A DNA stretch of 64,000 bases, from positions 2,816,001-2,880,000 of the forward strand of contig OZ241867.1 of assembly GCA_965203175.1 (NCBI GenBank), in the 5' to 3' direction. Numbering within the stretch: position 1 is the stretch's first letter; each line of letters opens with the position of its first letter. The translations under genes were made by a program, and so were the position numbers. Origin of the DNA: Candidatus Latescibacterota bacterium. GTDB taxonomy: Bacteria > Latescibacterota > UBA2968 > UBA8231. The notes below the pieces were generated by a model. It searched no databases and had not been told where the DNA came from. It saw only the letters and a list, made by a program, of their open reading frames with translations. This document shows positions 19,863 to 28,580 of the stretch, one piece after another.

Positions 19863-20951
19863 GTGGTGACTGCTTCCACCACAGATGCACAGGGCACTTC
19901 TTGGCCTCGGCTGGGTCCGCGCTGGGGACTCTTTCTTGGGATGGCCGGGGCCTTGCTCGGTTTTTTTGCTATCAGCTTGGGCGTGGGGTCGGTGTCCATT
20001 CCCCTCGATGCGGTGGTCGCCATCCTGTGGGGTGAAACCGACCAGAAGCCGAGTTGGAGTCACATTATTTACGCGATCCGCCTGCCGCGCGCGCTCACTG
20101 CGGTGTTGGCTGGCGCGGCCCTGAGCGCCAGCGGTTTGCAAATGCAGACCCTGTTCCGCAATCCCCTCGCCGACCCCTTCATCCTCGGCATCAGCGCTGG
20201 AGCTAGTCTGGGCGTGGCGTTGGTCGTCTTGGGCACGGGCGTCACTGGGGCTGGGTTGTTGGTCGGTCTGGGGCTTTTGGGTCAAGCCGGCGTGGTCGCC
20301 GCGGCCGTGGTTGGAGCGGCGCTGGTGCTGGGCTTAGTGCTTTTCGTGGGGCGGCGCGTGCAGCACACCATGACCTTGCTCATCCTCGGCCTCATGTTCG
20401 GCTATCTGACGAGTGCCGTGGTCAGCGTATTGCTCTACTTCAGCATCCCTGAACAGGTGCAGACCTACGTCCTGTGGACTTTTGGCAGCTTTGGCGCGGT
20501 CGCTTGGGGGCAACTCACTTTTTTAGTGCCGGTGGTGCTGGTGGGTTTAGGGATTGCCGGACTGCTAGTTAAGCCACTCAATGCCCTGCTGCTCGGGGAA
20601 ACGTATGCGCGCAGTATGGGCTTGGGCGCGCGGCGGGCGCGGCTGTGGATTATTGCTAGCGCCGCGCTGCTGGCTGGAGCGGTCACGGCCTATTGCGGCC
20701 CCATTGGGTTCTTAGGTGTGGCTGTGCCGCATTTGTGCCGCGCTCTTTTCAACACTTCGGACCACCGCGTACTGCTGCCGGCTAGCGTACTTTTGGGCGG
20801 CATCCTAGCCCTAACTGCGGATCTGGTGGCCCGTTTGCCCGGCAGCGAGGCCACCTTGCCGCTCAACGCGGTCACAGCCTTGATTGGCGCGCCCGTGGTC
20901 ACTTGGATCATCTTGCGCCGCCGCACGCTGCGGCAGGCCTTTGCCGCCTGA
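19863..20951 (+). CDS. FecCD/BtuC-family ABC permease
   Basis: IRLPRALTA, QTLFRNPLADPFILGISAGA, LLLGETYARSMG, GPIGFLG, LPLNAVTALIGAP. Confidence 0.93.
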   Translation: MVTASTTDAQGTSWPRLGPRWGLFLGMAGALLGFFAISLGVGSVSIPLDAVVAILWGETDQKPSWSHIIYAIRLPRALTAVLAGAALSASGLQMQTLFRNPLADPFILGISAGASLGVALVVLGTGVTGAGLLVGLGLLGQAGVVAAAVVGAALVLGLVLFVGRRVQHTMTLLILGLMFGYLTSAVVSVLLYFSIPEQVQTYVLWTFGSFGAVAWGQLTFLVPVVLVGLGIAGLLVKPLNALLLGETYARSMGLGARRARLWIIASAALLAGAVTAYCGPIGFLGVAVPHLCRALFNTSDHRVLLPASVLLGGILALTADLVARLPGSEATLPLNAVTALIGAPVVTWIILRRRTLRQAFAA

Positions 20952-20956
20952 ACGCC

Positions 20957-21964
20957 GTGGCTGCGACTATTTTACAAACGCGCGACCTGTGCATTGGCTA
21001 TGCGCCCAAGCGACGCCCGCGCGTTGAAGTGGCCGCGGACATTGGCGTGGAATTGCTCAAGGGGGAACTGGTCTGCTTGTTGGGACCCAATGGTGCGGGC
21101 AAATCCACGCTCATGCGCACGCTGGCTGGTCTGCAAAAGCCGCTGGTTGGTGAGGTGAACCTTGAGGGCTGCGATCTGCACGGGCTGACCGAGAGCGAAC
21201 GGGCGCGGCTTTTGGGCTTAGTCCTGACTGAGCGGGTGGACGTGGGCAATCTGTCGGCCTATGCACTCGTGGCGCTGGGTCGCTACCCGTACACGGGTTG
21301 GGATGGCCGTCTTTCTCATGCGGACGAAAAGGTGGTGCGCTGGGCTATTGACGCGGTGGGGGCTAGGAACTTGGCAGGGCGCAGCGTCGGCGAACTAAGC
21401 GATGGCGAACGGCAGAAGGTGATGATTGCCCGCGCCTTGGCGCAGGAACCAGCGGTGCTGCTCCTCGACGAACCTACGGCCTTTTTGGACTTGCCGCGCC
21501 GCGTCGAAGTCGTGCAGTTGTTGCGGCGCTTGGCCGGTGATAGCGATCGCGCTGTCTTGCTCTCCACGCACGATTTAGACTTGGCCCTGCGCTGCGCCGA
21601 CCGCCTTTGGCTGCTGCCGCTGGACGGGCCCTTGCAAACCGGGGCACCGGAAGACTTGGTGTTGAGCGGGGCTTTTCAGCGGGCGTTTGCGGACGTGGAA
21701 TTCGACCCGGCCATTGGTTCTTTTCAGCTAACGCAAGAGCCGGAAGGCGCAGTTGGCTTGGTGGGCGAGGGGCTCCATGCCCTGTGGACGGCGCGCGCGT
21801 TGGAACGGGCTGGTTTCTGCGTGGCGGAAGACTCGCCGACGTGCGTTGAAATTATCCGCGGCAATGGCGACGCGACTTGGCGACTTTACACGGCGACCGG
21901 CGACCGCGTCTGTGCCAACCTGTACGAATTGGTCAAATGCTTGAAACTAGACGCGATTGATTAA
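20957..21964 (+). CDS. ABC ATPase (FecE/BtuD-like)
   Basis: [28 protein letters not shown]. Confidence 0.93.
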   Translation: MAATILQTRDLCIGYAPKRRPRVEVAADIGVELLKGELVCLLGPNGAGKSTLMRTLAGLQKPLVGEVNLEGCDLHGLTESERARLLGLVLTERVDVGNLSAYALVALGRYPYTGWDGRLSHADEKVVRWAIDAVGARNLAGRSVGELSDGERQKVMIARALAQEPAVLLLDEPTAFLDLPRRVEVVQLLRRLAGDSDRAVLLSTHDLDLALRCADRLWLLPLDGPLQTGAPEDLVLSGAFQRAFADVEFDPAIGSFQLTQEPEGAVGLVGEGLHALWTARALERAGFCVAEDSPTCVEIIRGNGDATWRLYTATGDRVCANLYELVKCLKLDAID

Positions 21965-22061
21965 CGCTTCTGGGGGACCCGTGTCTTTTCAGACGACTCT
22001 GTTTGTTCCGCAGGATCAGCGCCACCGGAGAGCCGGGGCGTTCCGATTCGACTGGACAGTG

Positions 22062-23588
22062 TCACATCCTCGTCGGGGCCAGCGTCCAGGCTTGCAGCGA
22101 TTGCACCTTGGCCGCACCTCCGCGCGCAAACAGGCTGACGCCGAGGCTGTCGGTCCGCGTCGGATAGATGCGCTGGGTCACGCATTGGCGGCGATTGGCA
22201 AATACTTCGAGGATCGAACGGTCCAGGAAGATGCGCAGGGTCAGCAATTCGCCCGGAGCCAGTTCGAACGGCCCTTCCTGGGCGGTGACGTACTGTTCAC
22301 TCTCGGCCAGATGCGGCAGGGGCCTGCGGTAGCGGGTGTAGCGTATTTCCCGGTCGAGCGAAGACCGGCTGACATCGACTCGCAGCACGGCGGCAGTAGC
22401 GTCGTAGGAGACCGCGGTTTCTTCTTCGCCTCCTGGGGATCGCCGCACTTTCAGCCCCACCTCTCGCGCCTCACGGGGATCGATCTCAACGGCCAACTCC
22501 AGACAGTCGCCGCCGACTCCTGCAACCTCTATCTCGGAATCGGCGGGCACGTCAATGGACTCGTGCCGACGGGGATCCAACCGCAACACTTCGAGTTCTG
22601 GGACAGGATCGATCTGCAGGTGGCCGCCGGGATCCAGCGACAACAGGCGCGGAACGGTCATAACGCCCGACCATCCCGAGGCGCGCTCGCGGTCGTTGCC
22701 GCGCAGTTCGCGGACCCAGTCGAAGAAGATGCGTCGGCCGTTTGCATCCAGCAGGGTTCGCGGACCGCCGAGATGCCCTCCTTCCCAGCTCATGCGCCCG
22801 TGAACGTCTGGATAAAACCGTTCGTCTCGGACTTGGCCGATGTAGTACTGGGATCCCTGCAGATGGCTGCAGAAGAGCAGCATGTGCCGGTCGCCGAGCG
22901 GGAAGAAGTCCGGTACGGCGCAATCTTCGCCTCCTTCGGTCCACTCTCGTCGGGACTGGTAGAACAAATCGACGAACTCCCATGTGCGCAGGTCCGGCGA
23001 TTTGAACAGGTATGCCGCGTCCCCTTGGTCTTGCGGGTCGCGTTTGTTGATGGCGGCGTAATAGAGGTCGCCGGCCAACCAGCCGCAGGGATCGTGGATG
23101 GTGTAGCGGCCGAAGTCGGCGCTTCCTTCTTCTGGCTGGGGGATCACCGGATTGCCTGGGTCTTTCGTCCACTCGATCAGCAGATCGTCGCTGCTGCGGG
23201 CGAGGCAGAGGCCGTCGGGGTTGCCGTAGTAGATCAGTGTTGGAATCCCTTCCTTGCTGATCAAGGCTCCGCCGCTAAAGCAGCCGACGCGGTCCGGTCC
23301 ATCCGCGTCCGGCGTCAGCGCCACTGGATGGTGGACCCAGTGCACGAGGTCGGCGCTGGAGGCGTGGCCCCATTGAATGAGATTCCAGTAGGCGCCGTCC
23401 GGGTTGTACTGGTAGAAGATGTGGTAACGGCCCTTCCAGAACAGGGTGCCGTTGATGTCGTTCATCCACGCGGCTGGCGGCGTGAAGTGATAGGCTGGCC
23501 GATGCGGATCGCGGGCAAAGGCATCGGCGAGGTCGCCGGCCTCCCGGATCCGCTCTTCCATCTGTTCTATCTGGTTTTCAGTAGTCAT
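22062..23588 (-). CDS. Glycoside hydrolase family 32 protein with atypical catalytic motifs
   Basis: HRPAYHF..WMNDING, YHIFYQYNP, WGHASS.DLVHW, FSG, HDP, C-terminal LRIFLDRSILEVFAN. Confidence 0.9.
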   Translation of the reverse strand: MTTENQIEQMEERIREAGDLADAFARDPHRPAYHFTPPAAWMNDINGTLFWKGRYHIFYQYNPDGAYWNLIQWGHASSADLVHWVHHPVALTPDADGPDRVGCFSGGALISKEGIPTLIYYGNPDGLCLARSSDDLLIEWTKDPGNPVIPQPEEGSADFGRYTIHDPCGWLAGDLYYAAINKRDPQDQGDAAYLFKSPDLRTWEFVDLFYQSRREWTEGGEDCAVPDFFPLGDRHMLLFCSHLQGSQYYIGQVRDERFYPDVHGRMSWEGGHLGGPRTLLDANGRRIFFDWVRELRGNDRERASGWSGVMTVPRLLSLDPGGHLQIDPVPELEVLRLDPRRHESIDVPADSEIEVAGVGGDCLELAVEIDPREAREVGLKVRRSPGGEEETAVSYDATAAVLRVDVSRSSLDREIRYTRYRRPLPHLAESEQYVTAQEGPFELAPGELLTLRIFLDRSILEVFANRRQCVTQRIYPTRTDSLGVSLFARGGAAKVQSLQAWTLAPTRM

Positions 23589-23701
23589 GGGTTCGCTCGC
23601 AGGTTAGCTGCCCGGAATTTCGAGCAGCGGGCTTTGGGAAGATAGGAAACGGAGATGGGAGCTGTCGAGCTATTAAAACATTACTTTTGAAGTAGATGAG
23701 A

Positions 23702-23721
23702 TATAACTAATTAGTTATAAT
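23702..23721 (+). promoter_or_regulatory. Perfect 18-bp palindromic operator overlapping the -10 box of the TA operon
   Basis: TATAACTAATTAGTTATA (23702-23719); TATAAT at 23716-23721, 7 nt before the ATG. Confidence 0.8.
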
Positions 23722-23728
23722 TTAGAAC

Positions 23729-24112
23729 ATGGAGCGCGAAGGTGTACCTCTTAGAAGAGTCCGGTGGGTTGGAGATTCTAGAGAACAACTACAGAAGTTT
23801 CCCAGCCAAGTCCGCAAAGATATTGGACATGCGCTCTACCTAGTGCAGACCGGACAAACACCGCCCTCTAGCAAGCCGATGAGAGGACTTGAATCCGGCG
23901 TGTTTGAGATTGTTGATGACTATGATACAAACGCCTACCGTGCTGTTTATACGGTCAAGATCGGTAGGAGCCTTTACGTGCTACATGCGTTTCAGAAGAA
24001 ATCGAAAAGAGGCATCGCTACCCCTAAGAAAGAGATTGACCAAATCAAAAGACGCCTGAGACAAGCTAAAGAGTTGGCTAAGCAGGAGGCAGACTATGGA
24101 CGAAGACATTAA
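23729..24112 (+). CDS. RelE/ParE-family (HigB2/Gp49-like) toxin
   Basis: W.GDSRE.L..FP, KPMRGL.SGVFEI, YRAVYTVK, YVLHAFQKKSKRGIATPK. Confidence 0.93.
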   Translation: MEREGVPLRRVRWVGDSREQLQKFPSQVRKDIGHALYLVQTGQTPPSSKPMRGLESGVFEIVDDYDTNAYRAVYTVKIGRSLYVLHAFQKKSKRGIATPKKEIDQIKRRLRQAKELAKQEADYGRRH

Positions 24113-24422
24113 AATCGAACAGAGCAGTGGCAACATTTTTTCGGACTTGGGCTTTAGTGAGGAGGAAGCAAAAGAAGAGTTGCTCAAAGCCCAACTTGGT
24201 GCGGAGATTTTTCGGATTCTCGAACACCGCAAGCTGACTCAGACAAAGGCCTCGCGGATTCTAGAAGTTAAGCAATCGGAAATCTCCCGACTTAAGAGCG
24301 GTAAGTTCTCTTATTACAGTGTCGAACGGCTGATGCGGTTCCTTGAACGCCTCAATTGTGAGGTGAGTATTCATATTGCTTGGCCGGAGAGTGAAGGAAT
24401 CCAAAAGGTTATTGCGATATAG
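24096..24422 (+). CDS. XRE-family HTH antitoxin (HigA-like)
   Basis: SSGNIFSDLG, LTQ..A..L.VKQSEISRL..GK...SVERLMRFL; overlaps the toxin; AGGAGG RBS. Confidence 0.92.
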   Translation: MDEDIKIEQSSGNIFSDLGFSEEEAKEELLKAQLGAEIFRILEHRKLTQTKASRILEVKQSEISRLKSGKFSYYSVERLMRFLERLNCEVSIHIAWPESEGIQKVIAI

Positions 24423-24497
24423 TTAAGTAGTCACTAGCTACAAGCTATTCCTCACCTTTGCCAGCACAGCAGCACTGGCATTTTGGAGGCTCTATCC

Positions 24498-25418
24498 ATG
24501 AACCGCATCGTTTCTCTGTTGCCCAGCAGTACTGAAATCATCTGCGCCCTCGGCTGCGGCGAGCACTTGGTCGGTCGTTCCCATGAGTGCGACTATCCTG
24601 CCGGCGTTGGCGATCTGCCTGTGTGCACGGCTCCCAAATTCGACCCGGACGGGACCTCGTATCAGATCGACCAGCGGGTCAAAGCCATTTTGCAGGAAGC
24701 TACTTCGGTGTACCGGGTGGATGCTGACCTACTCGACGAGTTGGCACCGGATTGGTTGGTGACGCAATCGCAGTGCGAAGTGTGCGCCGTCAGTCTCAAA
24801 GATGTCGAGGAGGCTGCCTGTCAATTGGTGCGCTCGCAGCCTGCCATCCTATCGTTGGAGCCCAATGCCTTGGCCGATGTCTGGGGAGATATCAAGCGGG
24901 TGGCTACGGCGCTAGAAGTGGAGAAGCAAGGTCGCGCCTTGGTAGCCCAATTGCGGGATCGGCTAGACCTGATCGCCGCTCGCACTCGCCATATCGACCC
25001 TCGTCCGCGCATCGCCTGCATCGAGTGGTTCGAGCCGCTGATGGCTGCGGGCAATTGGATTCCCGAATTGGTGGAGATCGCCGGTGGCCAAAACCTCTTC
25101 GCGGCGGCAGGGACGCATTCTCCTTGGCTGTCGTGGGAGGAACTAGTGGAAGCCCAGCCGGAGATTATCGCCTTGATGCCCTGCGGTTTTGATATGTCTC
25201 GCTCTCGACGCGAGTCGCCAGCGCTCACTCAGCATCCGCTGTGGTCTCGGCTGCAAGCCGTGCAGCAAGGGCAGGTGTTCCTCACTGACGGCAATCAGTT
25301 TTTCAACCGCCCAGGGCCACGCTTGGTGGAGTCGGCTGAAATTCTCGCCGAGATTTTCCATCCCCAACACTTCGGCGGCACGCACGAGCATCGGGGCTGG
25401 GAGCGGTGGGAAGCCTGA
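24498..25418 (+). CDS. Cobalamin-binding-protein-like (BtuF-type fold) protein with no evident signal peptide
   Basis: RIVSLLPSSTEI..LG..LVGRSHECDYP, TQSQCEVCAV, AGNWIPEL, FNRPGPRLVES.EILA. Confidence 0.85.
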   Translation: MNRIVSLLPSSTEIICALGCGEHLVGRSHECDYPAGVGDLPVCTAPKFDPDGTSYQIDQRVKAILQEATSVYRVDADLLDELAPDWLVTQSQCEVCAVSLKDVEEAACQLVRSQPAILSLEPNALADVWGDIKRVATALEVEKQGRALVAQLRDRLDLIAARTRHIDPRPRIACIEWFEPLMAAGNWIPELVEIAGGQNLFAAAGTHSPWLSWEELVEAQPEIIALMPCGFDMSRSRRESPALTQHPLWSRLQAVQQGQVFLTDGNQFFNRPGPRLVESAEILAEIFHPQHFGGTHEHRGWERWEA

Positions 25419-25480
25419 GCGAGCTTGCGGCACGCCCAATAGAACCATTGTGAATTATTGATGTTACGTACGCGCACCTT

Positions 25481-25550
25481 GGGTATGGGATGCTGTCTCG
25501 CCTGAAGTCGAGGTAAAGCGACTCCGCTGCGCTACGCTCAGCATGACAAG
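25481..25550. repeat. REP-like element (GATGCTTCG..CGCTCAGCATGACA family), single copy with internal insertion
   Basis: Matches the arms of the inverted repeat at 44109-44207. Confidence 0.8.
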
Positions 25551-25563
25551 GAAGAAATCGGGG

Positions 25564-26322
25564 ATGACGCTACAGGAGGCCTTACACGAATTGGGGGTGC
25601 GAGACGATACGCTCTCTCAGGCCGAGAAGGCGCACTTGGATAGCGAAGGCTATGTGCTCCTGCCCAATATCCTCTCGGCCACGCAGATCACCTTAATATG
25701 CAGTGCAATGGACGGGGTGTACGCCGCTGAGGGCACGGGGCAAAAGGATGGGCCGGCCGAAAGTAGCTACATGCAGAACAAAACTGCCGGTCTCGACATT
25801 TGCTTTACCCATCCGCGCGTTCTGGCCGCCATCTGTCATGTCTTGGACGGTTGTATCAAGTCCTTCGGCGTTCACGGTCGCCCCCATCCGCCCGACGGAG
25901 AACAGCAGGCCCTGCACGTCGATTACAACGGCCCCGCACCCCATGCAGACCGCTATGCCGTGTGCAACTCGCTGTGGATGTTGACGGAATTCACGCCGGA
26001 AAACGGAGCCACGCGGGTGATTCCCGGCACCCACCGGAGCGGTCAGGACCCCAAAGAGGCGCTGGATGACCCCGCCGCAGACCATCCGCGTCAAAAGCTA
26101 TTGCTCGGCGCGGCTGGCACGGTCGCCGTTTTCAACAGCCATATCTGGCACGGCACTACCCGCAACCGCAGCGCTAGCAGCCGCCCCAGTCTCACCAGTT
26201 TCTTTTGCCGCCGCGACGACCCACACATGGTTTTTTCCAGTGCCCTCAGCCCGGCAGCCGCTCAGCGCTTGCGCCCGGCGGCCCGCTGTCTATTCGCCGA
26301 TCCCGAGCCTTGGACGGGTTAG
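25564..26322 (+). CDS. Phytanoyl-CoA dioxygenase (PhyH) family Fe/2OG enzyme
   Basis: LHVD, FTPENGATRVIPGTH, IWHG; the ATG at 25543 lies inside the repeat, so 25564 is preferred. Confidence 0.9.
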   Translation: MTLQEALHELGVRDDTLSQAEKAHLDSEGYVLLPNILSATQITLICSAMDGVYAAEGTGQKDGPAESSYMQNKTAGLDICFTHPRVLAAICHVLDGCIKSFGVHGRPHPPDGEQQALHVDYNGPAPHADRYAVCNSLWMLTEFTPENGATRVIPGTHRSGQDPKEALDDPAADHPRQKLLLGAAGTVAVFNSHIWHGTTRNRSASSRPSLTSFFCRRDDPHMVFSSALSPAAAQRLRPAARCLFADPEPWTG

Positions 26323-26331
26323 CGAGGCTCC

Positions 26332-27429
26332 TTACCTCGTCGAAAATTTGTGTATTGTAACCGTCCGGTAGGTCTCCCCCGGACGCAACACCACCGACGG
26401 AAAGCCCGGCTGGTTGATCGAGTCGGGATAGTGCTGGGTCTCTAGGCACAGGCCGTGGTACTGATTGTAGATTGTCCCGTCCTTGCCCATCACGCCGTCG
26501 AGGTGAATGGCCGAGTAGAATTGGACTCCCGGTTCGGTAGTGTACAGCTCCATCACCCGTCCGCTCTCCGGTTCGTATACCTCGGCGGCCAGCCCCGGCT
26601 CAGCTCGACCCCCATTGTCGAGCACGTAGTTGTGGTCGTAGCCGCCGATATCTGCGATCTGCCCGATTCGCCCGCCGATGGCGGTTGGTTTGACAAAGTC
26701 GAGGGGGGTGCCAGCGACCGGCAAAATGCGTCCAGTGGGGATTTGGTTGGCGTCCGGTTCGGTATAGTAGCGGGCGTGGAGTGTGAGAATATGCCCGAGC
26801 ACGGGGCCGCTGCCGGCCAAGTTGAAATAGGAATGGTTGGTCAGATTGATCGGCGTAGGCTTGTCCGTGGTCGCCTCGTATGCGATGACTAGTTCGTCGT
26901 CGTGGGTCAAGGTGTACGTCACGCTCGCTGGTACGGTGCCTGGATAACCCTCCTCGCCGTCTTGACTCACGTAGTGTAAGCGCACCGCTGGTCCGCGTTT
27001 GTCGTCCACGACCTCGGCATCCCAGACGACCTTGTCGAAGCCCACGATCCCGCCGTGCAGGTGATTGGGCCCGTTGTTGACGGCGAGCGTGTAATCTTGG
27101 CCATCTATAGAGAACTTGCCGCCGGCAATGCGGTTGGCGACTCGTCCGGTGATACAGCCGAAGTACGGATTTTCCTTCTCGTACTGCTCTAAGTGGTCAA
27201 AGCCTAGTACTACGTCGCCTAGCATTCCGGCGCGATCGCGCACGAGGAGTTCGGTGATGATCCCGCCATAGGTGATAACGCGGGCCATAGTGCCGTGGTC
27301 ATTTTCGAGGGTATAGCGATCGACGGACTGTCCCGCCGCGGTTGTTCCAAAGATGTCTTTGCTCACGTTGGCCTCTCCTGCGGTGGCGGCCAAGGCGACC
27401 GCCAGTACTATTGCGCTGGGCTTTTGCAT
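26332..27429 (-). CDS. galM: Aldose 1-epimerase (mutarotase), signal-peptide bearing
   Basis: GRVANRI, NHLHGG, GYPG, NLTNHSYFNL, GYDHNY, CLETQHYPDS. Confidence 0.93.
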   Translation of the reverse strand: MQKPSAIVLAVALAATAGEANVSKDIFGTTAAGQSVDRYTLENDHGTMARVITYGGIITELLVRDRAGMLGDVVLGFDHLEQYEKENPYFGCITGRVANRIAGGKFSIDGQDYTLAVNNGPNHLHGGIVGFDKVVWDAEVVDDKRGPAVRLHYVSQDGEEGYPGTVPASVTYTLTHDDELVIAYEATTDKPTPINLTNHSYFNLAGSGPVLGHILTLHARYYTEPDANQIPTGRILPVAGTPLDFVKPTAIGGRIGQIADIGGYDHNYVLDNGGRAEPGLAAEVYEPESGRVMELYTTEPGVQFYSAIHLDGVMGKDGTIYNQYHGLCLETQHYPDSINQPGFPSVVLRPGETYRTVTIHKFSTR

Positions 27430-27495
27430 GGCCCCTCCTTTGTCGTTGATCTTGCGCGTCCTTTCTGCCGGACGTAACATAGGCATTCCGCATTT

Positions 27496-27523
27496 GCAGG
27501 GGCAACCACGAGCGTTGCCCTGC
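27496..27523. repeat. Degenerate copy of the GTAG-type REP / hairpin in the galM-ABC divergent intergenic region
   Basis: GCAGGGGCAACCACGAGCGTTGCCCTGC resembles GTAGGGGCAACCCTTGTGGTTGCCCT. Confidence 0.55.
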
Positions 27524-27587
27524 CCTCGTCGAGGGCGCGGCGGCCATGAGCAGGCGTCGTCCCTTAAACTTCCTAGCGAGATACATT

Positions 27588-28580
27588 ATGAAAACGCTTC
27601 TTTTGCTCCTCGCCTTAATTTTTGTCGCCTGTAGTGACGCGCCACAACCGGCGGCCAATCCCCAAGTTGCCTTTGTCACCAATGGCGTTGGTCCCTTTTG
27701 GACCATTGCCGCCAAAGGAGTCGAGGCCGCAGCCGCCGAATTTGCCGCCGACGCCGAGGTGCAAATGCCCGGCGAAGGGGTTGCCGACCAGAAGCGCATC
27801 GTCCAAGCCCTGCTGGCCCGCGGCATCGACGGCATGGCCATAAGCCCCATTGACCCGGACAATCAAACCAATCTGCTCAACGAGGCCGCCGCTCACACCA
27901 ATCTGATCACCCACGACTCGGACGCTCCGAAGAGCAATCGCCTTTGCTTTATTGGCATCGACAACTACTCGGCTGGTCGCGCCTGCGGAGCGCTGGTCAA
28001 AGAAGCCCTGCCCGACGGCGGCAATATCATGATTTTCGTCGGCCGCCTCGAACAGCTCAACGCCCGTCAGCGCCGCCAGGGCCTCATTGATGAACTGCTC
28101 GGTCGCTCCTTTGACCCGACGCGCCACGACCCCAACAGCGGCCCGATCGCCGGCGACCAATACACCATTCTCGACACCCGCACCGACCAGTTCGACTACG
28201 CCAAAGCCAAAGCCCAAGTCGAGGACGCCATTGCCAAGTACCCAGACCTCCACGGCGTCGTCGGCCTATTTGCCTACAATCCGCCGATGTGTCTCGAAGC
28301 CATCAAGGAAGCCGACAAGACCGGCCAGATCCAAATCATCGCCTTTGACGAGGAAGCGCCCACTCTCCAAGGCATCATCGATGGCCACATCTACGGCACG
28401 GTAGTGCAAAACCCGTACCGCTACGGGTACGAGTCGGTGCGCATCCTCGCCGCCCTTGCTCGCGGTGACCGCTCGGTTTTGCCCGAGGGTGGGGTGCTCG
28501 ATGTGCCGGCGCGGTCCATCCGCCGTGACAATGTCGAAGCCTTTTGGGACGAACTGAAAACCCTGACCGGAACTAATTAA
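27588..28580 (+). CDS. Sugar ABC substrate-binding lipoprotein (RbsB-like)
   Basis: Lipobox FVAC; FWTIA..G, GMAISP, THDSDAP..R..FIGIDNY, VVQNPY..GY. Confidence 0.9.
   Translation: MKTLLLLLALIFVACSDAPQPAANPQVAFVTNGVGPFWTIAAKGVEAAAAEFAADAEVQMPGEGVADQKRIVQALLARGIDGMAISPIDPDNQTNLLNEAAAHTNLITHDSDAPKSNRLCFIGIDNYSAGRACGALVKEALPDGGNIMIFVGRLEQLNARQRRQGLIDELLGRSFDPTRHDPNSGPIAGDQYTILDTRTDQFDYAKAKAQVEDAIAKYPDLHGVVGLFAYNPPMCLEAIKEADKTGQIQIIAFDEEAPTLQGIIDGHIYGTVVQNPYRYGYESVRILAALARGDRSVLPEGGVLDVPARSIRRDNVEAFWDELKTLTGTN

Noticed and set aside
19197-20285. Long antisense ORFs (also 34460..35440 and 56068..57132)
   Set aside because: Shadows of well-supported genes on the other strand.
21957-23645. 562-aa plus-strand ORF covering the GH32 gene
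   Set aside because: Antisense shadow of a high-GC gene; no recognisable motifs or RBS.
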